Assembly: GCA_040755855.1 (NCBI GenBank) | Contig: JBFMAD010000003.1 | Span: 64,001-128,000 of the forward strand | Reading direction: 5' to 3' | Length of the DNA stretch: 64,000 bases | DNA from: Planctomycetota bacterium | GTDB taxonomy: Bacteria > Planctomycetota > Brocadiia > JAADGH01 | Part shown: piece by piece, positions 37,542 to 47,224 of the stretch | Layout: every line of letters begins with the position of its first letter | Numbering within the stretch: the first letter of the stretch is position 1 | The notes under the pieces: model-generated | Databases searched by the model: none | The model's input: only the letters and a program-made list of their open reading frames with translations | Told to the model about the DNA's origin: nothing | Made by a program: the position numbers and the translations under genes

Positions 37542-38576
37542 TCAAACCCAATTCAGTGGATATTTCCCCCAATCGCGGAACGCCTCGTACAGGGCCTTGA
37601 CATTTTCGAAGGGGACATCAGGGCCAACCTCCCCGTGCAGGATGATGCCGCCGTTGAAGTTCCCGAACAGGGCGATGACTTCCTTGACGGCCTCCGTGAT
37701 TTCCTCCTTCGTGCCGCGAGGGATAAGGTACTGGCGGTCAATGTCTGTGCGGATGCAGACCTTGCCGCCGATCAGGTCTGCCACGCGCTTGTTGCCCATG
37801 ATCGTATGCTGCGGGTTGAGAACCTGCACCCCGATCTCGATCAGGTCCTCCATGATCTCGTAGATCCAGCCGTCGGTGTGGAACCAGACGTAGGCCCCTC
37901 CGTCGCGGACCACGTCGAACATCCGCTTGTAGCGGGGTTTGTAGAACCGCCGCCACATGGCCGGACTCATCAGGAGGGCGTTCTGCGCCCCAAGGTCGTC
38001 GCCGAAAGTGATCGCGTCTGGCCTGGCCGGAAGTATCTTCTTGATGTTCGCAATATGGTGATCTACCAGCCGGTCCACAAGATCGTGCGCCTCCCGCCGA
38101 TCCTCCGCGAGGTCCATGAGGAAGTTCGCCGGGCCGCGCATGTGCTGGGCATGCTGAAAGATCGAACCGCCTCCGCCCTTCACAAAGTATTTTGGATGCC
38201 GGGCCTCGATGTGCCGGCGCGTCCGGGCGGCGGCCTCGTCGCTCATCGGCGAGGGGAAGCGATAGTCGCCCCACTTGTCCCACGTGGGCAAGGCCGGCTC
38301 CTTGATCTCGCCCGACGTGTACCCGCCGAGGCGATACCAGAGGATGCCCCATCCATCGCGCCATTCGATGACCTCATTCGGGTCAGATGGCTTTACCGCC
38401 ATGTTCGCCCTCACGGCCTCGTTGCCTGAGTCGTCTTCGTGTTCCGTCACGAGGTCTATCAGTTTTTGCCCGTGGCGCCAGAAGGCGCCGGGAAAGATGT
38501 AATGATCCGTCGGGACGCGGTCCGGTCCTTTGAACTCGACCGCCGCGCGCATCCGTTCTCGACATGTCATACCCAT
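37542..38576 (-). CDS. Uroporphyrinogen decarboxylase-fold protein
   Basis: MTCRERM start, GDDLG.Q, FHTDG, GT.EEI, GPDVPFENV. Confidence 0.85.
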   Translation of the reverse strand: MGMTCRERMRAAVEFKGPDRVPTDHYIFPGAFWRHGQKLIDLVTEHEDDSGNEAVRANMAVKPSDPNEVIEWRDGWGILWYRLGGYTSGEIKEPALPTWDKWGDYRFPSPMSDEAAARTRRHIEARHPKYFVKGGGGSIFQHAQHMRGPANFLMDLAEDRREAHDLVDRLVDHHIANIKKILPARPDAITFGDDLGAQNALLMSPAMWRRFYKPRYKRMFDVVRDGGAYVWFHTDGWIYEIMEDLIEIGVQVLNPQHTIMGNKRVADLIGGKVCIRTDIDRQYLIPRGTKEEITEAVKEVIALFGNFNGGIILHGEVGPDVPFENVKALYEAFRDWGKYPLNWV

Positions 38577-38598
38577 CGCTCTGTCTCGTTGCTCCTGC

Positions 38599-39141
38599 TC
38601 ACGCTTTTTCGATTTTCTCTCTTATCACATTCCATCGTTGCCGGTCGTCCTCGTCCCGAATCACCGGATCGAAGCCGGCGCGAAGGTAAGATTTGATCGC
38701 TGGAATGCGAAAGTCATCGGTATGCAGCATTACCTCGCGGTAGCCCTTCTCGCGGAAGCAATGGAGGACAAGGTTGACAAGCAGCCGCCCAAGGCCGTGG
38801 CCCTGGTGTTCCGGCGCGACGGCGACCATGTGCAGGTAGCCCGTCCCCTGGGGGAAACCCTCGCGCTCCCAGGCGCAGGCGGTGCCGACGGCCCGACCGT
38901 CCTGGGTGACGAAGAACAGTCGGTCCGGCTCAAACAACGGCTGTCCCGTGATGGCCTCGCGCGCGGTCTCGGCGGTTCTTTCCTTGCCCCCGAAGGACCG
39001 GTTTACCACATCGGCCCAGGCCGCCTCGTCGCCGGGGAGATAAGTCCTAACCTCATATCCCGCCGGGACTTGGATCGGCGGCAGATCGTTCAACGTTGCG
39101 CGGCGCATGAGGAGTTGGGGGCGTTTTTTCTGCTCGGACAT
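38599..39141 (-). CDS. GNAT-family N-acetyltransferase
   Basis: VAVAPEHQGHGLG acetyl-CoA motif; AIKSYLRAGF. Confidence 0.9.
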   Translation of the reverse strand: MSEQKKRPQLLMRRATLNDLPPIQVPAGYEVRTYLPGDEAAWADVVNRSFGGKERTAETAREAITGQPLFEPDRLFFVTQDGRAVGTACAWEREGFPQGTGYLHMVAVAPEHQGHGLGRLLVNLVLHCFREKGYREVMLHTDDFRIPAIKSYLRAGFDPVIRDEDDRQRWNVIREKIEKA

Positions 39142-40181
39142 TACTGCGTTCCCTTCATTCGTTTTTCAACGGCCCGGATCAACTTCATGCCGTTGCGGAA
39201 GAACATATCCTCGACGAATTTCCGGGATAGCCCAAGCCGCTCGACGGCCTTGCGGATGGCGCGGAGCTCCTCATAGGCGAACGACGTGAAGACCAGTTTG
39301 CCGTGATCGTCAGTGATCGAAAGCTCCCACGGCACGGGGGTCACGTAGGTGTATTGGTGGTTGATTTCGATGGACTTGCCCGGCGCGACGGCGATCGGGA
39401 GGTCCGTGCCGTAGAGCACTTTGTGCGGCTCAACGTTCGCAAAGAAGTATTCCAGGACTTCCCAGTGGTTCAACATGGCGACGTCGAAATAGACGTTCGG
39501 CAGCGGCGCGATGCGGTCCAGATGACCGACGATATTTTTCAGGTAATACGCCCGTCCGATGTGGGCGAGGATGATGGTTGCGTTGGGGAACCGATTCGCC
39601 ATTTCCACCACCTGCTCCTGGTTCTTCGCATCGGCGAGGCGCTCCTTGCGCGGGACGTGGAGCATCACGAGCAGGCCGAGTTCGTCGGCTACGGCCATGA
39701 GCGGATCGGGCAGCATGTCAATGATCTCGACGTCATTTGGGTCAGGCGTGTCCACGTATCGTAGATAGGGTTTTAGACCGAGGAACCGTCGTTCGATGAT
39801 GTCGCGCCGCACCGCGTCGGGGTCCTCCTCGGGACGGATCAACCGGAAGGGGAAGAACCGCTTGTGGTCGCACTCCCGCGCCACATAGTCGTTGTTGATG
39901 ACCGAATCCATGTCGCGGTGCGGCGTCCCGAAGCAGACGGCGTAGCAGTCCCTGCCGGGGTATAGATCGGCAAGGTCCCCGCGAAGCTCGTCGAGCGTAT
40001 AGCGCCGGATACGGTGGCCGCCTGCGGACCAGCCCTCATGGTCCGGGGACATGATCGCTTCAGGGAATACGTGGACGTGAAAATCCAAAATCTTCGTTGG
40101 GAGAAAATCGTCTATCTCCTCGCGGAAGATATTCATGTTGCGCGCTTGCCGCGTGGTTTCCTTCCACGTTTCCAAAATCAA
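39141..40181 (-). CDS. Amidohydrolase_2-family metal-dependent hydrolase
   Basis: DFHVH, MLHVP, ILAHIG, LYGTDLP. Confidence 0.85.
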   Translation of the reverse strand: MILETWKETTRQARNMNIFREEIDDFLPTKILDFHVHVFPEAIMSPDHEGWSAGGHRIRRYTLDELRGDLADLYPGRDCYAVCFGTPHRDMDSVINNDYVARECDHKRFFPFRLIRPEEDPDAVRRDIIERRFLGLKPYLRYVDTPDPNDVEIIDMLPDPLMAVADELGLLVMLHVPRKERLADAKNQEQVVEMANRFPNATIILAHIGRAYYLKNIVGHLDRIAPLPNVYFDVAMLNHWEVLEYFFANVEPHKVLYGTDLPIAVAPGKSIEINHQYTYVTPVPWELSITDDHGKLVFTSFAYEELRAIRKAVERLGLSRKFVEDMFFRNGMKLIRAVEKRMKGTQ

Positions 40182-41956
40182 GACTCCTGAAAAACAATGA
40201 TTTCGAGTTCATGCCGCCCTTGCGGGACGACGACGTACGCCCACTTCCGCCCGAAGGTCCGCTCCACCGTCATGCGGGCCGCTGAACCGTCGCACAACAC
40301 TCGCACATCGTCGTTACGCAATGGAATCTTCACCACCATCCCGCGCGGGTGGGCGGCCGTGGCGACGCATCGCATACCGGCATCGGAGATCGCCACATCG
40401 CCAATTGTGGACCTGCTGCGGGAATTCCACCAGTGGCAGAGTTCGTCGTTGCCCATGTGAACAACTACGGCTTTTTTCTCCTGGATGTAACGCAGTACCT
40501 CGCGGATCGCACGGCGGCAGTTCTCCCGCTTCGCCACATTTGGCGGATGGTAGAACATATTCAGGGTCAGGTGATAGGCGCAGGCGAGGTCCACGCACTT
40601 GTGAATCAGATCGAAGTCGGTCCTGTCCGGTTCCGTGTAGGAGTATCCGACCTCGTAGGCCGCGATCGGCTCGCTCAAAAAATCCAATCGTTCGTTCCCG
40701 CGTGTGTGGTCGCAATAGATGTGAAAGGGAAACGCCGTGCCAAACGAGAAGCCGATCATGTTCACGGGATTGAGCGGCGGCGAGGGGGCATGGATTCGGG
40801 AATTGTCCGCCCTGCCGCCGCACTCCCCCATCCACAGGGCCGGCTCCGCCCAGCCCGTCCAGAGACACCAGTGAAACACCGAGCAGACCGACGGTCGCCC
40901 AAAGCGCCGCGTGAACCAGTCCATTTGTTTATGGATGTCATCGCGCGTCAAGCGGAGTGGATGCGTATGACCGTCAATGAAATTGAGGTGGAGCGCCAGC
41001 TCGTGGCCGTTCGCCTCGATCTCCCTTGCCTCATCGTCCGTGAGGGCAAAGACGCCGTTGCGCGGCATGATGTTGAGATGGTAGGGCAGGCCCATTTCGC
41101 GCATGAATCGCGACGAGGCGACCTGCGCCCCGGCCACGCCCTCGTCGTCGCCGCCCCAGTAGAGGAGGGCGTCGGGGACGCGACCGTCCATCGGCGGGAG
41201 TTGATGGATGAGAGGAATTCCCGCCTCGGCGATCATGTTCTGCAAGAGGAACACGATTTCATCGGCGTACATCACCTCGAGTTTATTGCCGCGAGTAACG
41301 ACGGCGTCGCTCAGGCGGAGGTAGCCGTCGCCGTCATAGTCCCGATCCACCGGCCGGCCCTGCTGGAGGACCCACAGCGTCTTGGGGACATCGAAGGCGA
41401 AGTAGAAGGCATGACCGTCGCCCCATCGCCGATGGGTCACGGCGGCGAAGCCGGTATCGCGGTCATGCAGATCGAAGAGCCGGGCCAGTTCATGCGACTC
41501 CCTGGGGAGGACGTTTCGCACATCCGAGAAGATGAGGAGCTTTTGGTCGGGATGGAGATAGGAATGGATGCCCGCCGTCAGGGGATCGTCTTGCAGGGCG
41601 AATCGCGCCGAGAGCGTGAAATCATCTTCCGGTTGCGGCGTGACAGACGCACATTCGTTGCCGAATAGATCGTCCAGCCCTTCCATGCCGAAAGCGATCA
41701 GCACGCCTCCGGCGGATACCCACGCATCCAACGCGGCATCGGCAGGCAGGTCCTCCTTTCCCAAGCTCCCGAGCATCAAGACCTTGAATGGCGAAAGGCC
41801 GTCCCGCGTCAGGTCCCGACGGGGGATCGCGGTCGCCGTCGCGCCCAGGCGGTCGCAGACTTCCTTGACGTACTCATGCCAGTAGTTTCGCCCCGCTCGG
41901 TTGGCTTCCGCGCGCAGGTCGGGATCATGGTTGAAGGCGACGATGGAGGCCGCCAT
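40178..41956 (-). CDS. Hypothetical protein: GATase-like N-domain plus polysaccharide-deacetylase-like domain
   Basis: WVSAGGVLIA; GGDD, GHELALH, H..W, MFYHP. Confidence 0.6.
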   Translation of the reverse strand: MAASIVAFNHDPDLRAEANRAGRNYWHEYVKEVCDRLGATATAIPRRDLTRDGLSPFKVLMLGSLGKEDLPADAALDAWVSAGGVLIAFGMEGLDDLFGNECASVTPQPEDDFTLSARFALQDDPLTAGIHSYLHPDQKLLIFSDVRNVLPRESHELARLFDLHDRDTGFAAVTHRRWGDGHAFYFAFDVPKTLWVLQQGRPVDRDYDGDGYLRLSDAVVTRGNKLEVMYADEIVFLLQNMIAEAGIPLIHQLPPMDGRVPDALLYWGGDDEGVAGAQVASSRFMREMGLPYHLNIMPRNGVFALTDDEAREIEANGHELALHLNFIDGHTHPLRLTRDDIHKQMDWFTRRFGRPSVCSVFHWCLWTGWAEPALWMGECGGRADNSRIHAPSPPLNPVNMIGFSFGTAFPFHIYCDHTRGNERLDFLSEPIAAYEVGYSYTEPDRTDFDLIHKCVDLACAYHLTLNMFYHPPNVAKRENCRRAIREVLRYIQEKKAVVVHMGNDELCHWWNSRSRSTIGDVAISDAGMRCVATAAHPRGMVVKIPLRNDDVRVLCDGSAARMTVERTFGRKWAYVVVPQGRHELEIIVFQES

Positions 41957-41983
41957 ATATATCCTCGCACGCCGTCGGCGGCG

Positions 41984-42982
41984 TCATGTCTTGACCTTGA
42001 CCGGCTTTCCCGTTTCAGCGGATTTCCATGCGCCCTCCGTCAGCTGAATGACGCGCAGGCCGCACTCCGGCGGGACGACATTCGGCGCGCGACCGTAGAT
42101 CAGATCCACAAAGGCCTGGTCGGGGTTGTTGTCCCTCGGCAGCCCCTCGGGGGGCACCTGGAACAGCTCCGCGTCGCCGTCGCGGCGGAAGAGCTGGTTG
42201 TCCCGAATCACCAACTGGCCGTTCTTGCACCAGAGGAGAATCTCTTCGTACACCTTGAACCGCGGGCCGACGCAATCGCCGATGATGGAGATGTTGCCCG
42301 ATGCGCCGTTGGTGAACTGGACGGAGATCGCGCTCACGGCGTCCACATTCGCCCCGCGATTGTCCACGAAGGCGAACACATCCTTGGGCTGGAGGCCGCT
42401 GATCCAGAGGAGGACGTCAATCATGTGGGAGCCGCTGTCGTTGAGCTGCCCGCCGCCGCTCAGCTTCGGGTCGCCGCGCCATCTCTTCGTGGCTTCCATC
42501 CAGTTCTGGCTCTGCCAGGTTGTCAGGAACGTCGGCTCGCCCAATTGGCCGCTGGCGACAGCGCGCTGGGCATAGACGTAGGGTCCCATGAAGTGGCGCT
42601 GGTAGGAGATCATGAGGTGTTTCTTCGACGATTTCGCCTTCTCGCAGACCTTCTTCGCGTGATCCACCGTGCAGACAAGGGGCTTCTCGCAGAGGACGTG
42701 AAGGCCCTTTTCCAGGCAGGCCATGATCTGCTCGAAGTGGAGCGTGTGCGGCGTGCTGATCTCCACCGCGTCCAACTCGATTTCCTTGAGCATCTTTGTG
42801 TAGTCGCTGTATGCGGGCAGATTCTCCGCCCCGGGGACCGTCTTGCGGAATGCGCCAAGCGCGTCCTCGCTAACGTCGGTGATCGCTGCGATCTGCACTT
42901 CGGGTATCTTCGTCAAGCGGCCGCCGTGTCCTCGAGCATTTCCCCCGCATCCGATCATTCCGATACGCAGTTTTCCGGCCAT
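41984..42982 (-). CDS. Gfo/Idh/MocA family oxidoreductase
   Basis: IGCGG, STPHTLH, LCEKP, SGGGQLNDSGSH. Confidence 0.92.
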   Translation of the reverse strand: MAGKLRIGMIGCGGNARGHGGRLTKIPEVQIAAITDVSEDALGAFRKTVPGAENLPAYSDYTKMLKEIELDAVEISTPHTLHFEQIMACLEKGLHVLCEKPLVCTVDHAKKVCEKAKSSKKHLMISYQRHFMGPYVYAQRAVASGQLGEPTFLTTWQSQNWMEATKRWRGDPKLSGGGQLNDSGSHMIDVLLWISGLQPKDVFAFVDNRGANVDAVSAISVQFTNGASGNISIIGDCVGPRFKVYEEILLWCKNGQLVIRDNQLFRRDGDAELFQVPPEGLPRDNNPDQAFVDLIYGRAPNVVPPECGLRVIQLTEGAWKSAETGKPVKVKT

Positions 42983-43010
42983 AGTCCATCCTTTCAAAAT
43001 GTCACGTCTA

Positions 43011-43967
43011 TCAGGTCATATCCAAAAGAATTTTCAGCGAGCTTCGCTCTGAGGCCCGTTCGAAGGCATAAAGGGCGTCAGGCAGAGGATAGCGCGCTGT
43101 AATCATCGGTTTGACTATGATCCGCCTCTGTCGCAGCGCGTCAATTGCCGGGGGAAACGGCCCACAGCGCGAACCCACCACGGTGAGTTCGTCAACGACC
43201 ATCCTCGCCAGATTGAGCGGCGCGTCCCCGGCGACGGTGCTCTTGAGCACGACGGTCCCGCGAGGCCGCGCGAGGTGGCAGGCCAGGTTGAATCCGGCGG
43301 CCGAGCCGGTGCACTCCACCACCAGGTCAAAGTCGGACTCGGTGTTGCATTCCGCGATCGTCGTCCGCAAACCAAGATCATAGGCAATCCTCAGCTTGGA
43401 CACATGCCTGCCCAGGAGGAGGGGGTCGCAGCCGGCGCGCGCCATGACCTGCACCACGAGCTGCCCCAGCTTTCCGTCGCCCAGGACGGCAACGCGGTCC
43501 AACCGTGCGACGGACACCTGTTCCAGCACCTCGAAGGCTGCAGCCAGCGGTTCGACGAATACGGCCTCGTCGTCTGCCAGATCGTCCGGGACGGGATGCA
43601 GATTCTCCACCGGCAGAACGAGGTAATCGGCGAAGGCGCCGTCGCGGCCCTGGACGCCCAGCACGGTCCGATTGGGGCAGTGGCGAGGCAGACCCTTTCG
43701 GCAGAGGTCGCAGGCGCCGCAGGCGCAGTTGATCTCGCCGACGACCCGCCGTCCGACGAGGTCCTTTCCGTCGGCCTCCTCGACGACCCCGACGAACTCA
43801 TGGCCAAGCACGCCCTCAAATCCCATATACCCCTCGGTGATCTCGAGGTCGGTATTGCATATCCCGGCCAGGAGTACCCGAACGAGGGCCTCGCCCGACG
43901 GCCGCGCGGGTTTGGGGTAGTCCGAACGAAACGCTATCTGACCGTCCTTATAGACAAGCGCTCTCAT
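43011..43967 (-). CDS. Zinc-dependent medium-chain alcohol dehydrogenase
   Basis: GICNTD, GHEFVG, CGACDLC..HC, GDGKLG. Confidence 0.92.
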   Translation of the reverse strand: MRALVYKDGQIAFRSDYPKPARPSGEALVRVLLAGICNTDLEITEGYMGFEGVLGHEFVGVVEEADGKDLVGRRVVGEINCACGACDLCRKGLPRHCPNRTVLGVQGRDGAFADYLVLPVENLHPVPDDLADDEAVFVEPLAAAFEVLEQVSVARLDRVAVLGDGKLGQLVVQVMARAGCDPLLLGRHVSKLRIAYDLGLRTTIAECNTESDFDLVVECTGSAAGFNLACHLARPRGTVVLKSTVAGDAPLNLARMVVDELTVVGSRCGPFPPAIDALRQRRIIVKPMITARYPLPDALYAFERASERSSLKILLDMT

Positions 43968-44400
43968 TATCAGTCCCGGAAGGGGGCCCGGAGGCCTGCT
44001 TTCGCTTGGCCAGGACGGCGCGCCAGCGCACCCGTTTTGCGCTGCTCCAAAGATCCTCCAACTTGTACATCGCCCGGGCCTCAGCGTCGAACAGATGCAC
44101 AACCACCTCGCCATAGTCGAGGAGTATCCACATGGCCTCGTTGTAGCCGGCGGCGCCCACGGGATGTACGCCCGCGTCCTTCATGGTTTTTGATATTTCA
44201 TCCGCGATCGTCTGCAATTGGCGCGAGTTAAACCCTGTGCAGATGACGAAATAGTCGGCCAGGAACGTGATCTTCCGGATGTCGAGCACCAGAATATCTT
44301 CGGCCTTCTTATCGTCGGCGATGGCGACGCAGTGGAGCGCAATCTCCTTAGCTGATATCGAAGACGTTTCCTTTATTTTTCTTTTCCTCCTTCGCGTCAT
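43948..44400 (-). CDS. rsfS: Ribosome silencing factor
   Basis: DKKAEDI, ADYFVICTG, WILLDYG.VVVH, Y.LEDLW; true start probably near 44358. Confidence 0.9.
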   Translation of the reverse strand: MTRRRKRKIKETSSISAKEIALHCVAIADDKKAEDILVLDIRKITFLADYFVICTGFNSRQLQTIADEISKTMKDAGVHPVGAAGYNEAMWILLDYGEVVVHLFDAEARAMYKLEDLWSSAKRVRWRAVLAKRKQASGPPSGTDNESACL

Positions 44401-44683
44401 CTTCGGACGCATCGGGTTTCTCGAGCTCGCCCAATCCTCCAGGCCCGGACGTCGGCGCCGGCGAGTGACCGCGCTCCTCCCGGAGTTCCTGTAAATTTGC
44501 ACCGCAATAGTGGCAGAAATTCGCATACATCGGATTATCCGCGAGGCAATCCTCGCAGCGCGCATAGAGCAGTGTGCCACAAAGTATGCAGAAATTTGCG
44601 CGGGGCATGCTCTTGTCAAATTGGCAATCCGGGTTGGGACAGGTCTTTCGTTCACCAATGGGGGAGTTGTGCTCTTCGGCCAT
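44348..44683 (-). CDS. Double zinc-ribbon protein
   Basis: CPNPDC, FCILCG, CEDC, FCHYCG; GAGGAGG SD. Confidence 0.8.
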   Translation of the reverse strand: MAEEHNSPIGERKTCPNPDCQFDKSMPRANFCILCGTLLYARCEDCLADNPMYANFCHYCGANLQELREERGHSPAPTSGPGGLGELEKPDASEDDAKEEKKNKGNVFDIS

Positions 44684-44738
44684 TCCTCCTCGCCTCCTTC
44701 CTCCTTAGGGGTTTATTGCAAGCGAAGCCATCCGCCTC

Positions 44739-47186
44739 TCAATGAAACAACGCGTACTTGACCACCAGCCCGGCAAACACAACCGCCACCATGGACATCA
44801 ACTTGATCAGTATGTTTAGCGACGGGCCTGACGTGTCCTTGAACGGGTCGCCCACCGTATCGCCCACGACGGCGGCCTTGTGGTGGTTTGATCGCTTGGC
44901 GCGTCGCACCTTGACGATCTCCCGGCCTTCGCCGGCGCTGTCAAAGAGGCTGTGCATGATCTCCATATCCTGGCCCTTGTCCGTGATGACAAGGACGCCG
45001 TCATTGACGACTGCGCCCTCGGCCTTCTTTGCCTTTTCCACGAGATCGGTCGGGGCGTAGAAGGTCTCCACGAGGGCCGCCTTCTCGATGTACTTCTTGG
45101 CGTTGTCCCACGCCCCGCCGGCGTTCGCCATCATGACCGCGACGGCGAAGCCCGTCACCGTCCCGCCCGCCAGGAGTCCCATCACAGCCGGCACGCCGAG
45201 CAGGAGACCCGTCGCCACGGGGGCGATGAGCGCCAGCAGCGATGGGATGACCATCTCGCGCTGCGCGCCGCGGGTGCTGATGGCCACGCAGGCCGTATAG
45301 TCGGGTTCGGCCTTGCCGTCCATGATGCCCGCGATCTCGCGGAACTGCCGCCGCACCTCGCGGACCATGCGCCCCGCCGCACGGCCGACCGCCTTCATGG
45401 TCATGGAGCAGAATACAAAGGTCAGCGCCCCGCCGATGAACATGCCGATCAGGACGCGCGGGTTCATCAGGGTGACGTCATAGTAGGCCATGAAATCGGC
45501 AAGCTTCGCCTCGGCCACGGGCACCGTCCTTCCAGCGATCTCCATCGTCTGCTGCCCGGCCCGCTCCAGGCCGATCCGGATTTCCTCGATGTAGGCCGCC
45601 AGAAGGGTAAGGGCCGTGAGCGCCGCCGAGCCGATGGCAAAGCCCTTGCCAGTGGCGGCGGTGGTATTGCCCAGGGCGTCGAGGGCGTCGGTGCGCTCGC
45701 GCACGTAGGGCTCCTGGTGGGTCATCTCGGCGTTGCCGCCCGCGTTGTCCGCGATCGGGCCGTAGGCGTCGGTGGCGAGGGTGATCCCCAGTGTGGAGAG
45801 CATCCCGACCGCCGCCAGGCCGATGCCGTAGAGACCGATTTCGGGGTTCGAGAACCCGCCGGCGAATGCAAACGCCAGGAACGTGCCTACACAGACGGTG
45901 AGAACGGGCAGGCCGGTGGAGGCCATCCCGACGGAAAAGCCGTCAATGATGACCGTCGCGGGTCCGGTACCCGCTTGGTAGGCGATGCCTTGCGTGGGCG
46001 AATATGTGTCGGACGTATAGTATTCCGTCAGCTTCCCGATGATAACCCCGGCAACCAACCCCGACACAATGGACCCCCAGAGACCCATGTAGCCGGGCAG
46101 GAGCAGATAGACCAATCCCGCCGATACGACGAGGATCAGGAACGAGCTGAGGTTGATCCCGCGAAACAACGCCTTCATCAACTCGTGCTGGGTGGCTTCC
46201 TCGCCGGTGCGCACCACATAGATGCCGACGATGGAGAGGACCGTGCCGATGCCGGCGATCACCATGGGCAGCAAGACGGCCTGCATGCCGAGGTTTGCGT
46301 ACTGCAGGGCCGCGCAGCCGAGGGCCGCCGAGGCGAGGATCGAGCCGCAGTAGGACTCGTAGAGGTCGGCCCCCATGCCGGCCACGTCGCCTACGTTGTC
46401 GCCCACGTTGTCGGCGATGGTGGCCGGGTTGCGCGGGTCGTCCTCGGGGATGCCCGCCTCCACCTTGCCTACGAGGTCGGCCCCCACGTCGGCGGCCTTG
46501 GTGAAGATGCCACCGCCCACGCGGGCGAAGAGCGCTTGGGAACTGGCGCCCATGCCGAAGCAGAGCATGACGACGGTGGTCTCCTTCAACGGCATCTGGA
46601 AGACGTAATTGCAGAGGAGAAACCAGATGCAGATGTCGAGCAGGCCCAGCCCCACCACCACCAGTCCCATCACCGCGCCGCTGCGAAAGGCGACCTGCAG
46701 GCCCTTGTTTAACGATTCCTTCGCGCCCTGGGCGGTGCGATTGCTGGCGTAGGTGGCCGTCCGCATCCCAAAGTAGCCGGACAGGCCGGAGAAGAACCCG
46801 CCGGTCAGGAAGGCAAACGGGACGAGCCAGTGCTGCGCGTGAAAGACAAAGGCCATGATCGCCAGAATAATGCTCACCACCACAAAGAAAATGCCGACGA
46901 CCTTATACTGCTGGAAGAGGTAGGCCCATGCGCCCTTCTGGACGTAGCCGGCGATGCGCTGCATGTCCTCGCTGCCGGGATCGCTGGCCATCATGCCCTT
47001 GTAGAATCTATAGGCAAACACCAGGGCGCATATGGACCCCAGCGGCGCCACCCACCAGAGCCAGGGAACCCCACCCGATGCCTGCCCCGCCGCGCCCTGC
47101 CCCTGCGCAACCACCGCCTCCGCCGTCAATGCGACGGCAGCCATTGCCCCTAACGACACCTTGCTTAGCTTCCTACTCCACACCAT
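44739..47186 (-). CDS. hppA: Membrane-bound K+-dependent cation-translocating pyrophosphatase
   Basis: DVGADLVGKVE, DNVGDNVGD, GPIADNAGG, GNTTAA, GDTVGDPFKD. Confidence 0.97.
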   Translation of the reverse strand: MVWSRKLSKVSLGAMAAVALTAEAVVAQGQGAAGQASGGVPWLWWVAPLGSICALVFAYRFYKGMMASDPGSEDMQRIAGYVQKGAWAYLFQQYKVVGIFFVVVSIILAIMAFVFHAQHWLVPFAFLTGGFFSGLSGYFGMRTATYASNRTAQGAKESLNKGLQVAFRSGAVMGLVVVGLGLLDICIWFLLCNYVFQMPLKETTVVMLCFGMGASSQALFARVGGGIFTKAADVGADLVGKVEAGIPEDDPRNPATIADNVGDNVGDVAGMGADLYESYCGSILASAALGCAALQYANLGMQAVLLPMVIAGIGTVLSIVGIYVVRTGEEATQHELMKALFRGINLSSFLILVVSAGLVYLLLPGYMGLWGSIVSGLVAGVIIGKLTEYYTSDTYSPTQGIAYQAGTGPATVIIDGFSVGMASTGLPVLTVCVGTFLAFAFAGGFSNPEIGLYGIGLAAVGMLSTLGITLATDAYGPIADNAGGNAEMTHQEPYVRERTDALDALGNTTAATGKGFAIGSAALTALTLLAAYIEEIRIGLERAGQQTMEIAGRTVPVAEAKLADFMAYYDVTLMNPRVLIGMFIGGALTFVFCSMTMKAVGRAAGRMVREVRRQFREIAGIMDGKAEPDYTACVAISTRGAQREMVIPSLLALIAPVATGLLLGVPAVMGLLAGGTVTGFAVAVMMANAGGAWDNAKKYIEKAALVETFYAPTDLVEKAKKAEGAVVNDGVLVITDKGQDMEIMHSLFDSAGEGREIVKVRRAKRSNHHKAAVVGDTVGDPFKDTSGPSLNILIKLMSMVAVVFAGLVVKYALFH

Positions 47187-47224
47187 CTTGTCCTTTCCTG
47201 ATTTATACCAACCACCAATGATCT

